Assembly (NCBI RefSeq): GCF_009914755.1
Contig: NC_060926.1
From: the human T2T-CHM13v2.0 reference genome, Homo sapiens
Length of the DNA: 64,000 nt
Direction: 5' to 3' (one strand)
Shown here: positions 1-12,999 of the stretch, piece after piece
Position numbering within the stretch: position 1 is the first letter of the stretch
Layout: each line of letters begins with the position of its first letter
Notes under the pieces: model-generated
Seen by the model: only the letters and a program-made list of their open reading frames with translations
What the model was told of the DNA's origin: nothing
Database searches by the model: none
Program-made: the position numbers and the translations under genes

Positions 1-633
1 CAAAAATTAATTGAATACCAAGAAAATACTTTGCCAGATTTTTATGCTAAATCAGCTGATACTGAAATTGTTCAGATATACAATTTAAATGAACTCCATG
101 ATCTAAGTTAAATTACCTATGATAAACCATCAGTCATCAGTGCTATGCACCTAAACTGGAGAAATATCTGGTATTCAGGAACACAAAAGTCCAATGTTAA
201 TTAAGCACGGCCTCATGGAGAACCAGGACAGCTGCCTTGTTCTTCCTGAGTTCTTAGAGCTTTTGTTTTTAAAGGTCTACATTCTCTGACTCATCATGGA
301 AAATAAAATAATTTAAATTAAATATATATTGGTGCGGTGACTTCTAAATTGAATAGTTTATGACTGATGTTTAGTTTATTGACCCATATTCCTGGGAAGA
401 CAATCAAAGCTTCAGGTATATTTTGCTATCTGATGGGCCATTTAAACATTTCATTCATTTATTCATTGAATTTCATTCAATTATCATTTTCAATGCTTGT
501 TTTCTGGTTGTATAAAAGTTGTTTTCCCATGCAAGAGGGCTGATGTTATAACAGTAGATTATTATTCCACATTATAATTTCACCAGGTAAAGAAAGCTTT
601 TATGGTTCCCTGACTGAGGATAATCAACCCCTT

Positions 634-744
634 CATAATTTAGAATCCAAAGATTGGATCTTCTGAGAACATCAGAGAAAGACTGCCCTTGCCATCCACA
701 CTGCAACAAAACTTCAGAACCTTGAACCTTGGGTTCATAATCTC
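634..744 (+). pseudogene. Retroviral integrase C-terminal remnant
   Basis: Translates HNLESKDWIF*EHQRKTALAIHTATKLQNLEPWVHNL, resembling the gammaretrovirus-like H.L.PGDW...TA.KL....PW.H pattern. In-frame stop present and the GPY segment is missing. Confidence 0.6.
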
Positions 745-1153
745 ACAACAAAGAAGGGTCCCTCCATGTTCTTGGAGCTGTACACCCATTGGAACTCTTA
801 AGGTAAAGCTAACCAGGGAAGTTTCTCCCCAGAAGATGGGATCCTTAATGTGAACAGCTTTTCCCAATATCACAGATCAAGATTTCTCTACTATCATGAG
901 ACTTTTATCTTTGAATATTTTCCCTTCCTTATGCCTCTATAAACACTAGGAGTGAAAAGGGGGTCTGTTGTGTACACTTATAGGGTATGATTTTATTTGT
1001 GAAGGATTTTGCAGCCAGCGTTATACATGGATAACTTTATACCTTGATGGATGACAGATGAGGGACCAATGTAGGTGAGAAACTTTAATGGTACATACAT
1101 TGCCTCCTAATCAGTCAGAAATAAAACATTAGTTCACTCCTCTTAATCCACAT

Positions 1154-1680
1154 CATAAGTTAAAGAGAATATTGCCAGGAGGCCTTCATTCTTCTAGAAG
1201 GGCATCATTTGTTAGGTCCTTTTTCCATGGTTTGGAGTAAAAGAAGCAATGATTTAAAATGTATCCCTCATGATAAACTCTATAGCAGATTCTACTGTAA
1301 AGGCTATAGTTATACAACAGAATTTAAATTATCTTGTGAAAGTTATGCTAACTAATCAAATTGCTCTAGATTATTTACTGGCTAAACAGAAGTATCTGTG
1401 CAGCTGCTGGCACTTGTGGCCTGTGGAGAAATACATCACATCAGGTATTATAGAGATTCAGTTGTAGGGGACTAGCCAAGAGGCTGCTTAGTTAAGTAGG
1501 TAGACTCTTTATCTAGCTCATTCTTTGATCTATTTGATTTTATATGGTTTGGTTTATGGGGACCCTGGGTAAGGCGAATACTGTAAACTCTTGGTATTAT
1601 CCTCCCAATAGTCATAATAGTAGTCTCCCTGGTGTGCTATATTCTCTCAAAGGTTTTAAATGTTTGCGTGCAGCCATCTC
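1154..1680 (+). pseudogene. Gamma-type env TM-subunit remnant, frameshifted
   Basis: Basic cleavage-like HKLKR (~1154-1168); immunosuppressive-domain-like LTNQIALDYLLAKQ in ORF 1270-1467; frameshifted Cys loop SICAAAGTC; hydrophobic anchor LGIILPIVIIVVSLVCYIL from 1590. Confidence 0.75.
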
Positions 1681-2238
1681 TAAAGGGTCAAATGGTCTGT
1701 CTTCAACTGGCATGACAAGATCTGAAAGAAAAGTGTGATCATGAGGACACCACAACCTATGAATGACATGCTGAGACTGGAAACTCAAAATGATGGTAAC
1801 TGAGAGTGCTGCTAAGGTCCTAAATTTTGGTTACACTCTCACCTAAGAGAACCTGAACAAAAAAGGAATTTTTTTAAACAAAATTATGAGAGGCCATTGT
1901 TTTGGACTGAGCTTATGCACTAGGCCCCAACAGACCAAACCAAACCAAAACAGAGTCACTAGTGCTAAATGTGACATAATCAAACTAAGACTTTAAGGAA
2001 ACACATAGGTCCTAGAATAGACCAGGTTTTGTTTTTCTCCTGTAAACAGGACGTTCCAGCATAAGGAGATACCCTCTCTTCAGTCAGTCCTTGTCCCCAC
2101 TTTGCAAAACCCACTGTTCTACTGTTTCCCAATGAGTTTCAAGACCAAATAAGTATGTTTACGACGATGATAGTGACATTAATGACTAATTTTTTGGCCA
2201 ATCTCTCAAAATTGAGATGACCATCAAACAAGGGGAAT

Positions 2239-2634
2239 TGTTAAATCAAGTTCAGCCTAAAGCTGCCTCCTTACCTATTTTAAGTTTGGCCTAAAAGTTT
2301 TTCTGTACATCCTTAATTATAACAAGTGGAGGTATAAACAGACCATAGCTTACACTTAAGCCAGTCACCGAATTTTGACCAATCAAATGTAGCCAACTGC
2401 TTGAACCATGTTCAAATAAGGCAAATGCTGAGCTGTAACTGGTCCAGCTGTTTTCGTTTTCTGTACCTCACTTCTGTTTTCTGTATGTCACTTTCCTTTG
2501 AATCTTCTTCCACCACATGGCTGTGCTGGAGTCTCTGAGCCTACCCTGGCTCAGAAGGCTGCCTGACTCACAAATGGTTCATTGCTTAATAAACTCCTTT
2601 AAATGTAATTTGGCTGAAGTTTTTCTTTTTATCA
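2239..2634 (+). mobile_element. 3' LTR, MER57A/B-like (ERV1)
   Basis: Starts TGTTAAATCAAGTTCAGCCTAAAGCTGCCTCC right after the PPT, has CCAAT and AATAAA (2588-2593), ends ...TTTTATCA; L1 sequence follows immediately. Confidence 0.8.
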
Positions 2635-3244
2635 CTTCATAAGCCACTAGAGAAATGCAAATCAAAACAGCTAGATCCTACTTTACACCCATTAATATGA
2701 GTATTCCCCAAAACAAAACAAAAATAAAAACAACCAAAAACCAGAAAACAACAGGCATTAGTGAGGATTTGGAGAAATGAAAACATTTATGCACTGTCAG
2801 TAGGCATATAAGATGGTAGAGACACAGTGGATAACACTATGGCAGCCACCCCCCAAAAATGGAAATATAAATACCATATGATCTAGCAATTTTACTTCTG
2901 GGTATACCCAAAAGAATTGAAAGGAAAGACTCAATCAAATATTTGTACAACCCATGTTTACAGCAGCATTATTAACCATACCCAAAGGATGAAAGCAACG
3001 CTAGTGTCCATGGATGGGTAAATGGATAAATACAATGAGGCAGACATATACAATGGAATATTATTCAGCCCTAAAAAGGAAGGAAATTCTGACATATGCT
3101 CCAACATGGATAAACCTTGAAGACATAATGTTAAATAAAGTCAACCTTTCATAAAAGGACAAATACTGTATGATTCCACTTATAGGAGGTACCTGGAGTA
3201 GTCAATTTTATGTTACATATGTGTTACCACAATTTTTTAAAAAA
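2635..3244 (+). mobile_element. Old L1M (L1MB-like) ORF2 end and 3'UTR; apparent host of the ERV
   Basis: GAAATGCAAATCAAAAC, CAATGGAATATTATTCAGCC, ATGATTCCACTTATA motifs; terminus TTACCACAATT plus A-run; 3'UTR internally deleted near 3207. Confidence 0.8.
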
Positions 3245-4716
3245 GAGCTGCTCTCTTTGAATTTTTAAATCTGTATTTTTAGGTGTTTGATTTTTTAAAT
3301 AAGATTTTCCCCCATTTCTCACCTACCCTAGACATATGGCCCTAAAGCACCTCAGAAGAAGCTGAAGGAAATCAGCCTCCATAGCTTTCAAGCCCCTGGA
3401 CTCCTGGAGCCAGAAGTTAATTCACACTCTGATCTCAGAGAAGTTCAAGACCTTCAGCAGAACTTTTCCTGGCCAGGGCATTTTTGCCCCTGAGATATGT
3501 CATTAAACACTGTAACCAGGAACTTCTGTTCTTACCCCTGTCCTTCCCTTCACCTTTTATAGTTACTAAATGCAATGTTTTATTTTTCCAAGTACAAAAC
3601 AATAAAATAGTTATAAAGAAATAAAGAATTCTTAAGAAAATCTCTACATAAAATGAATTTAAAGTCTATCATAAGACTCACCTTAGAATGAAAATAGCTT
3701 AATCTTTAAAGTAGGTACACCCTATTCCTGAGAAATACTTATCTGATTAGTAGAGATACATTTCTTTTTGAGTCTACTCACCCCATATAGACAAATGCTC
3801 CCATGTCAGATTACCAGGTTAATTGCAGCAGGACCTGTAAATAGTTTGATCTTGACCCTTCCGGGACTTGTATGATTTAAAGCTATGGTTTTTCCTGGTT
3901 GTTCCTGAGATAAAATTGGCTACGGACTGTGGGAAAGAGGGGATTTCTCTTGATTTCAAAATTGTATGTGAGAAAGAAACCTCTCCAAGTTTTCATATTA
4001 TAGATTTTTTTTTAAACAAAAGGTGTGTATCTAAACTTGATGATACAAAGACCTGTGATCTATTCATGTAAATCCTTTGAAGGGGAATTATTTTGTTTTA
4101 TTTTGTTTGAAGAGATTTTTGTAAGATTTTTCTAGACTGAATTTGGAAGCAGCTGAGAATCTGGCCCATTATGTTTTGATAGAGATATAATATTCAGATT
4201 TCCAAATGGGCAATGTTCCATTTCTGAAACTTCTTTTAAAATGTGTTTTTGAATCTAGTTGAGTCCTATGAAGAATCACATGCAGATAACATACTACAGC
4301 ACTGGTTAACATTCGGGGCTGTCCTTTTCTCAATGTTAGACACTCTTCTTTGGTGATGATGCCAGGTGCTTAGGGAGTTGCCCACATATATAATTCCTTA
4401 AATGGAAATTCTATCAATGATAACTTGTTTTGGAGAACATTAATTTGAAGGGAGCTTGCATTCCAGGGATGTAGACTCAGCACTATTCATAAAATTCTTC
4501 CTGAAATTAGTTTCTCTCTGTTTTTAATGTGTCTTTCTCTGTACATATATTTAAATGCTAACTGGATTGAAAGGTATTTAGGTAAATGGGGTAAAATGAA
4601 ATCAAGGAAAGCTTCTAAGAGGAGGGAAGACACATAGACAGTGATTTCAGGAGCAGAGAGACACAGTTCAGCGGTGAAGAAAGGGGAAGGTAGGGCTTTT
4701 TAGAAAGTATGAGCCT

Positions 4717-5019
4717 GGCTGGGCGCAGTGGCTCACTCCTGTAATCCCAGCACTTTGGGAGGCCGAGGGGGTGGATCATGAGGTCAGGAGTTCAAGACCA
4801 GCCTGGCCAAGATGGTGAACTCCCGCCTCTACTAAAAATACAAAAAAATTAGCCGGGCATGGTGGCGGGTGCCTATAATCCCAGCTAGTTGGGAGGCTGA
4901 GGCAGAGAATTGGTTGAACCCGGGAGGCAGAGGTTGCAGTGAGCTGAGATCGCACCACTGCACTCCAGCCTGGATGACAGAGTGAGATTCTGTCTCAAAA
5001 AAAAGAAAAAGAAAAAAAA
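4717..5019 (+). mobile_element. AluS (AluSg4-like)
   Basis: Full dimer with GGATCATGAGG, CCAAGATGG and GGCAGAGAATT diagnostics; A-rich tail; imperfect TSD AGAAAGTATGAGCC / AGAAAGTGTGAAGCC. Confidence 0.93.
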
Positions 5020-5845
5020 GAAAGTGTGAAGCCCGTGGATCATGGGTAGTAAATCCATTCCCCTGTGTCAAACAGACCCTGAATCAAACAACATCTGAAT
5101 GTAGGTAAATTATGATACATGCCCTTGGGGTAATAGTATGAAGCCATTACAATTAATTTCATTAAGACTGGAGTATAGCAGTTGTTCAAGCAATTTAATA
5201 ACTAGGCAAATGTAGTTTTATAACAATTATGCAAGAAGAAAAAAGAACCTAGGACTTGCAAAACAAAACCTATATTTTCTTCCTTAATCATAGGATAATA
5301 GGGTTTTTTTTCATCCTTATTGATTTTTACATTTTTATTACCTATTTCTTCAAGATAAAAATAACTGTTTTACTTGTTTTCAAATTAAAGAGGTGGGGGA
5401 TAGAGGTGCAGGGCAGGGGCTTTGAGTTTGAGAGAACCCACTGTTTTAAAAAATTTAGATATTTGATTAATTTTCTATTCTTAGAGTTGTCACACAACTT
5501 TTATAAAAAGGCAAGATAATTTTGTAGAAGAATAAATTTTAATAAACACTTGATCTAAATTAGCTGTATCCTAAAAATTATAGTAAATTTATATTGGAAC
5601 ACATAGGCAGTACTATTAAATAATTTTTTGAAAAATGAAAATAAATTCAGATAAATTCATAAATGTAAAGATGTGGAGGAAAAAGTTTGGATGGAAATAT
5701 TTCAAAATTCAGGTTACCTCTGAACAGCAGTGTTATCAGCAACTTATTTTCATCTATGGACATTTCTATATTTTCCAAGTTGTTCATAAAGCATGTATAT
5801 TACTCTTAAAATTAGTGAAAAGACCTTTTAGCAAATTTTTTTTGT

Positions 5846-6463
5846 TACTATGAAAAACAGTGTGTTGATTCCTCAAAAAATTAAATACAGAATTAACATA
5901 TGACCCAACAATTTCACTTCTGCCTATATAAACCCAAAATATATAAAAGCAGGGACTCAAAGAGATATCTGTGCACGCATATTCATAGCAGCATTGCTCC
6001 CAATAGCCAATGGTGAAAGCACACAAGTGTTTGTCTATGAAGGTACAAACAAATGATGTGTAGTATATATACACAGTGGAATATTGTTCAGCCCTAAAAA
6101 GAAAGGAAAGTCTGACATCTGTTCCAATAGCAATGAACCTTGGAGACATAATGCTAAGTGAAATAAACCAGTCACAAAAAGGCAAATACTCTATGATTTC
6201 ACTTATATGAGATATTTAGAGTAGCCAAAATCGTAGAGACAAAAAGTAGAATGGTAGTTGCCCAGGAGCCAGAGAGAGGAGATATTGGGGAGTTAACATT
6301 TAATGGGTATAGAGTTTCACTTTTGCAAAATGAATAGAGCCCTGGAGATGAACAGTGATGATGGCTGCACAATACTGTGAGTGTATTTAATATCACTGAA
6401 CTGTACACTTAATAATGGTTAACATGGTAAACTTCATGTTATGTATATCTTACCACAATTAAA
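5846..6463 (+). mobile_element. L1MB-like 3' end
   Basis: TTCCTCAAAAAATTAAATACAGAATT...ATGCTAAGTGAAATAAACCAGTCACAAAA...TTACCACAATTAAAA. Confidence 0.85.
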
Positions 6464-6734
6464 ATATTTTAATTCAATTTGAATTCAAATTCAGATAACA
6501 CTAGGAACCCAGATAAAATGATAAAGTTGGTGATGAAGTTGGAAAATGATGTGCCAAATCACAAAGAGCCTTGAGCTCCCAGCTGATCTGTGATGTCAGA
6601 GCCGTGGGGAGGAGGATGTGGAGAGGTGGGCTGGGGAGGACCAGTCTGGCCACTATGCTCAGGATGAGTTGGGCAGGATTAGCAGGCGAGAGGGAGGGAG
6701 CCAAAAGTTATCCCAAGAATTATGTCCTGGATGC

Positions 6735-6870
6735 TCTGCCTATGTCTCCATGTTTATGAATAGGGAGACACAGACTAAGAGAAGTGGTTTACCCCATGTC
6801 CTAGCACTAGCAGGTGCCAGAGGCCTGTCCTGAGCTCAGATGGATATGACCCCATATCCCTGCTCTTTCC
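6735..6870 (-). mobile_element. MIR fragment
   Basis: Degenerate reverse MIR core (GGAGACACAGACTAAGAGAAGTGGTTTACCCCATGTC); boundaries approximate. Confidence 0.4.
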
Positions 6871-7883
6871 TTCATACTATCCTACCTCCATATATTATAA
6901 ATGGAAAAAAAGGGGGAAAGTGGTGGGAGGGGAGAAGATGATGGAGAGAATGGAAAGAAAGAAAACAAGAATAAGGAGAGGGAGAGCCAGCAGACAGGAT
7001 AAGATTCAAAGCTGCAAATAAAAACAAACTTTTAAATAAGGCCCTAAGTCTGCATTGAACTTTTGACAATTATGGTTTGTCAGTATGGTAACTGATTCAT
7101 AATTATTTTATGGGAGTTTAGCAACTCTATATGTAACTGGTGCAGAGCAGTTGTAGAGTTGTTAATGCTGAATGTTTATTACCCACCATTTCATAAATAG
7201 CTTAATAAATCTAAACAAGTCGAATTTATGGGGATGGTTATGGCATTCTATTCAAATTTCAAGCAATTACAATAAAAACACATCTATTGAGGGAAGAGCA
7301 GTTTTGTTGTTTTTTTAAGTTTGATACTGGAGGATGGCTGACACTTGACATCTCCTTGAGCTGGTCTTTGCTCCGTGTCTGGGCCCAGGGGGTAGGGGCA
7401 GGACAGCAATCAGAGGCTGTCTTTGAGTTGTTGTCTGCCAAGGAGATGGAGTGAGATACAGGTTGTCATTTGCCAACATGTTTAAGGATCTAAGTTCCTG
7501 GTGGTCATGACATTTCAAGGCTCGCCTTGGACCCTGCTGTAGTAGAGTATTCCACCCCCCAGGTTGGGTAGGTGTTGGGCATTTTCTAGAAAGTGAATGA
7601 TTTGGGAAGGGCCAGGAGCAATGATTTCTCTCCTCATAGCTCCTTTCAAGGTCATTGACTTCTTGGTCACTGCTAGGAGTTCAATGCAGCCTACAATACA
7701 GGGTTGTAGGTAGAATCAGAAAGAAGAGAACCCCCGACCCCCGCAACTGCCCAACAAACTAAATGGTATTACTTACCTCTTGATCCATGCATTTTCTCTT
7801 ACTACTGATACTTTGCCTTTCTTTCATTGTTGCCTATTAGGGAGGCAATTGGTTGAGGGTGATGCAACAAGGTGGGTGGGTGG

Positions 7884-7889
7884 GAGAGG

Positions 7890-7925
<36 letters not shown>
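7884..7925. repeat. (GA)n microsatellite
   Basis: Visible AG dinucleotide run with minor interruptions. Confidence 0.95.
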
Positions 7926-7929
<4 letters not shown>

Positions 7930-8559
7930 AAAGTAAAAAAGGCAAGGGATGAAAAGAGTCGCCGACCTGGCCCCAGCCCGGGCTCTTATTCTTACTGTGT
8001 GCCTTGAACAAGTCACTTCTACTGCTGCATCTCAGTGTCCCCTTTCAGTGCTGACATTCTGTGGTTCTGTGATTCAGTGAAAAGGAACAGCAGGTGAATT
8101 AGAGATAGCCGAAAGAGGTGCTCCACAGAGGAGGAGCCCTGTCCAAATTGGAGACAAGACTTTACATTACCAAAGATACAAGTCTGACTCTACCTTCTTC
8201 CAGCTCAAATGTTGGTTGAGAAGCGACCTCTTCACTGTGAAGTGCAATATTCGAAACTACACATGCGTAAGACTCATTCTCTCCCTCCCTAAGAGTTTGA
8301 ATCTAGCAAAGTAGGAGATGCTTACTCAGGTAATTACAGCACAAGGAGGTAAATGCAAATAGACATTTTGAAGGAAATGGTTTAGGTGTACAGAGAAGGA
8401 AATTTACTTGTTTGAATTGGAGAAGGATGTGTTTAGGTCATCCATCATGGAGAAACTGATATTTAGCCTAGGTCTTCAAGGATGAGTGAATAGACATCCC
8501 CCAATAGAAAAGAAAATAGGAGAAGAGCACCACACGTAAATGGAACAGCAAAGGCAAAG

Positions 8560-9490
8560 AAGAATGGGAGAACATTTATTTACTTGCTATTTGCCAGGTA
8601 TGTTTGTGATCACTATGGATACAATAGTAAATAAGACAGTCTCTGATCTCATGGAGTTTACAGTCAAGTGGGTGGCAACAGGTATTAAACAAGTATTCAA
8701 ATACATGAATACAGTGGTCTTAGAAAATGGAGATGTCTGTGTGCCTGAAGTGTAAGGTATGTGGTGGGGAGAAACTGGACATAAACTTAAAAAATATACA
8801 AAAGGTTGTGGAGTGTCTTGAGTGTAGTGTATTTTATCCCTTGGGTAGTAGGACACTAACAAAGATGTTGTTAGTGGTGAAACATTAGCTGACTTATGTT
8901 TTAGAACTAAAACAAAAACAAAAACTGAGTAAGGAATACATTAGATGGAAAGAGACTGGATGCAGAGAAAGCAATTAGAATGTTATTACTACAATGTAAG
9001 AGAAAGATGATGAGATTGGATATAGGACTCTATCCATGGGAATGAAGACAAGGGAGAGATATGAAAAGCATTTTCAGAGGCACGAACAAAATTTGATGAC
9101 ATGAGCAGTGAGCAAGAGAGAGGCAAAGACGATACCATTTACAGATCAAGTGACTTGGGAAATATTTCCACCATTCCTGAAGATAAGAAATACAAAAGGA
9201 AGAGGCGCTTAAAGGAAGAGCATGCAATTGAATTTGAGGAGGCTATGGGACATCTAGTAAGTTGACAGAAATGTTATCTTGGAATTTAAGATAAGTCCAG
9301 GCTGGAGTTATTGACTGATTTGAGAATCTTCAATTTAGAAGTAGACACAGAAGCCATGGGGATGCATAAGAACACTTGGAATGGAGAAGACGACTATGCC
9401 TCCCCAGTGCAAGTCATGCAGAAGGGGATAAGTGAAGAAATTTAGAATGAGTACTCAGGGAGAATGATGTCCTAGAATCAATGAAGGAAG
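8560..9490 (-). mobile_element. L2 LINE 3' region
   Basis: AACATTTATT...TGCCAGG...CTCATGGAGTTTACAGTC, typical reverse L2 3' end, followed by purine-rich L2 body; boundaries approximate. Confidence 0.6.
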
Positions 9491-9764
9491 TAAAAAGATA
9501 AAGGGGCTTCGTATGAGAAATGATACCTGAAGGCCAACTAAAACCAGGGGGAAAACAAAGAACCATTTAATGATTCATCACTCAGAAGGGTGTTAGAGAC
9601 TTTAGGTCAAGTAATTTTATTGATTTGCTAGAAGCAGAAGGCATTAAATAAAAGGTTATGATGGGCCAAAAGTCCAGAAAGTAGAGAAAGCAAGCATAGA
9701 AAGGACTCTGAGAGAATATTCCAGCAAAGAAGGACTTGGGATAATTGAATATTACAGTCATGAC

Positions 9765-10280
9765 ATTCATTCACTCATTCAATAAATATTGCTTGACTAA
9801 TACATTCTAAACACTGAGCTAGGAGTCATTATAGAGACAGTAAGGTATAATTTCTGCCTCCAAGGTGCTCAGAGTCTTGTAAGAGAGGCAGATGCAAGCT
9901 GCAATGAAAGCAATAGTGAAGCTATATAAAGATACAGGTATATGTAGCTCAGAGAAAGAAAAATTTGTTCTATCTGGTGGAGAAGTCAAGAAACTTCCTA
10001 CATAGGTGCCATAAAGCTATGTCTTAAAAGATAAAAAAGAGTTTACCAGGTGCAAGAAGATGAAATTTATTGCAACAAGTGGGAATGGTACATGCAATTA
10101 AATGAAGACAAGAAAAGAATGTATTTTGGCAACCTCAAATAATTTGGCACTGTTGGATCATGAAGTGAGATGAGGAGTGTCAACTAATGTAGCTAAAAGG
10201 TAGACAGGAACTAGAACATAAATTGCTGCAGGTGCCATACTTTAGGCTAAGAACTTGTCTCTACCTTGTAGGTAGAGAGA
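9765..10280 (-). mobile_element. L2 LINE 3' end
   Basis: TTCATTCACTCATTCAATAAATATT tail followed by CTGCCTCCAAGGTGCTCAGAGTCT. Confidence 0.6.
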
Positions 10281-10320
10281 AAAGGTATAAGAAAGAAAAA
10301 CTTGGGGTTTTGAAAGATCT

Positions 10321-11105
10321 TTGATTTCAGCTTTACTCTTTATTGATTCATTTTTCCTGATTGGTTTATTTCACTGTTATTTTCCTAGTTTAAAATCGGC
10401 ACTTGGTCCCTTAATTTTTCATTGTCTTTCTTTAATAATTAAGTACTGCTTTTATAGCATCTTATATTATTTTTGCATGAAGTGTTATATTTTTCATTGG
10501 TATGTAGGTAATAAGTAGCTTATTTTTAATTTTCCTCTTTGAAATCAGTTTTAAAAAAGAAAGCAAAGATAGAATAAATAAATAAATTGATTCTTTGAGA
10601 AAACCAATAAAACAGACATACCTCTTACAAGCCTAATTAAGTGGGAAAAAGATCATAAAAGTAGACAAGATTAAAACAAAAAAGGAGACACAAGTTCCAG
10701 AGTTACATGCTTGAACTGTATAGTGACAAAACTTAAAACCTATATAAAATAAATTAATTCCAAATATAACACACTCTACTAAAACTGATTAAGAAGAAAT
10801 GGAAATCTTGACTCAATCAATTATTAGAGAAGAAATAGAAAAACTGATTAGTGATCTATTATTGTAAAAGTCACCAGTCGTCAAAGCTGAGCTCTTATAT
10901 AACTTAAGCACAGGTAATTCCAACGCAATTAAACTAATCCAGATGATATAAAGAAACAAAACCTGCCGTATAACTCCAATAACAAAACCTGATATAGACA
11001 ACAATGCAGGAAAACTATATATTAAGATGGCTTATTAATATAGATGCAAAGTTCTAAATGAAATATTAGCAAATAGAATCTGTCAATGATCTAAAGAATA
11101 GTATA
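10321..11105 (+). mobile_element. Ancient L1M ORF2 fragment with inverted 5' segment (10321-~10540 on the minus strand)
   Basis: Reverse complement of 10321-10500 resembles ORF2 (…AAAGCAGTACTT…GCTGAAATCAA); the plus strand from ~10550 continues the same ORF2 region (TTCTTTGAGAAAACCAATAAAAC…ATAGATGCAAAGTTCTAAATGAAATATTAGCAAATAGAATC). Confidence 0.6.
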
Positions 11106-12850
11106 TACAGGCGATGAACAATCTGAAAATGAGACTAAGAAAATAATTACATTTATAATATCATCAAAGAGAATAAAATACTTAGGAATAATTTTAACAA
11201 AAGTAGTGTAAGACTTGCACTGAAAAAACTACAAAATATCCTTGAAAGAAATTAAAGATCTATAAAATGAAAAGACATACCATGTTCACGTATTAGAAGA
11301 CTTCATCTTGTTAAGATGGCAATACTACTCAAGTTGATCTACAGGTTAGGTGAGATCTCAGTTGCTCTTTGTGTGCAAATTTGTAAGCTTGTACTAAAAT
11401 TAATATGGAAATGCAAATTACCCAGAATAGCCAAAACAATCTTAAAAAAGAATGCGATTGGAGGACTTACATTTCACAATTTCAAAATTAACTACAAAAC
11501 TATAGTGATCAAGACTCTATGTTACTAGCATAAGCATAGACATAAAGATCAGATACATGTTTATCAGAAATAAACATGTATGTTTTTGGTCAATTGATTT
11601 TCAACAAGGGTGTCAGTACAATAAAGTGTGGAAAGAATAGTCTTTTCAACAAATGATCCTGAGATAGAAAATGATCCTGGCTATCCACATATGAAAGAAT
11701 TAAGTTGTAATTCCACATAACACTATTTACATAAAAATTAACTCCCAATGGATCAAAGACCTAAAGAGCTGAAACCATGAATGTCTTATATCTATATTTT
11801 TTCTAAGTCTTCATAATGCTGCATTAAGCCGTAGTTTTTTTTAGCTATGACACCAAAAGCACAATCAATCAAAGAAAAAGTAGATATATTAGACTTCATT
11901 GAATTATAAACTTTAGTGCTGCAAAGGACAGTATCAAGAAAGTGAATAGATAGCACACAGAATGAGAGAGAATATTTGCAACTATATAAATGATGAGTCT
12001 AGTGTCTATAACATATAAATAACCATTACAACTAAACAATTAAAAGACAACCCAATTTAAAAATGGGCAAAATATTTGAACAGACATTTCTTCAGATAAG
12101 ATATACACTGGATAATATTATTTCAACACCAGTGTAGGAAAATTAATAGACAAATCAAAATCACAATGAGATAGTGCTTCATGCCCACTAATGCAGCTAC
12201 ACTAAAAAAGATAGACAATGACAAGCATGGAAAAATTTGAATCCTCATACATTGCTGATGAAAATACAAAATGGTACAATTTATTTGGAAAACAAGTAGT
12301 TTGGCAGTTTCTCAAAGGTTAAACACTGACTTACTGTATGACCAGTAATTCCAACCCTTGGTGTATACCCAAGAGAACTGAAAATATATGTTTGTACAAA
12401 AACTTGTATACAAATGTCCATAGCAGCACTATTCCTAATGGGCCAAAGATGGAAGCATTTAACTGTCTATCAGTTGATGAATAGATAAACTATGATATAG
12501 CCATACAATGAACTATTATTCAGCCATAAATAGAAATGAAGTTTTGATACATGGATGAATTGTGGAAACATTATGCTAAGTGAATGAAACAGACACAAAA
12601 AGCCACATATTGTAAATGTCAAGAATAGGCAAATTCGTACAGACAGCATATTTGCGGTCGTCAGTGCCTGGAGGAACAGGGAAATGGAAGTGACCGCTAA
12701 TAGGTACAGGGTTCCTTTAGGGTGATAAATATATTCTGGAATTAGATTGTGGTGATGGTTGTACAACCTTGTGAATATACTAAAAACCAATGAATTCGTA
12801 CACTTATAAAGCTAAATTTTATGGCATGTGAATTGTGTCTCAATAAAAAT
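11106..12850 (+). mobile_element. L1MB7/8-like ORF2 3' part and 3'UTR
   Basis: ORF 11316-11528 (MAILLKLIYR…PRIAKTILKK) is ORF2-like; terminus TTTTATGGCATGTGAATTGTGTCTCAATAAAA. Confidence 0.85.
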
Positions 12851-12999
12851 TTAGTTAATGTATTTTTGCAAAAAGGATATAACAAAGATAATAAACAATA
12901 GTTTTATTAAAATGTTTATTCTGATTGTACCTAAAGAGTTAATTCTCTACTATGGAAATAAATTATAAATTAACAAAACAACTAAATCACAATACATAG

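Larger units (their letters stand above)
1..2238 (+). mobile_element. ERV1 (MER4-group, MER57-int-like) internal region, 3' part, degenerate
   Basis: Integrase C-terminal remnant at 634-744, env remnants at ~1150-1680, and polypurine tract AGGGGAAT (2231-2238) directly before the LTR. Confidence 0.8.

Noticed and set aside
7770-7778. Consensus splice donors AGGTAAGT (minus strand here; plus strand near 27744 and 59189)
   Set aside because: No convincing paired acceptor or open exon; isolated donors are expected by chance in 64 kb. Non-coding exons cannot be excluded without RNA data.
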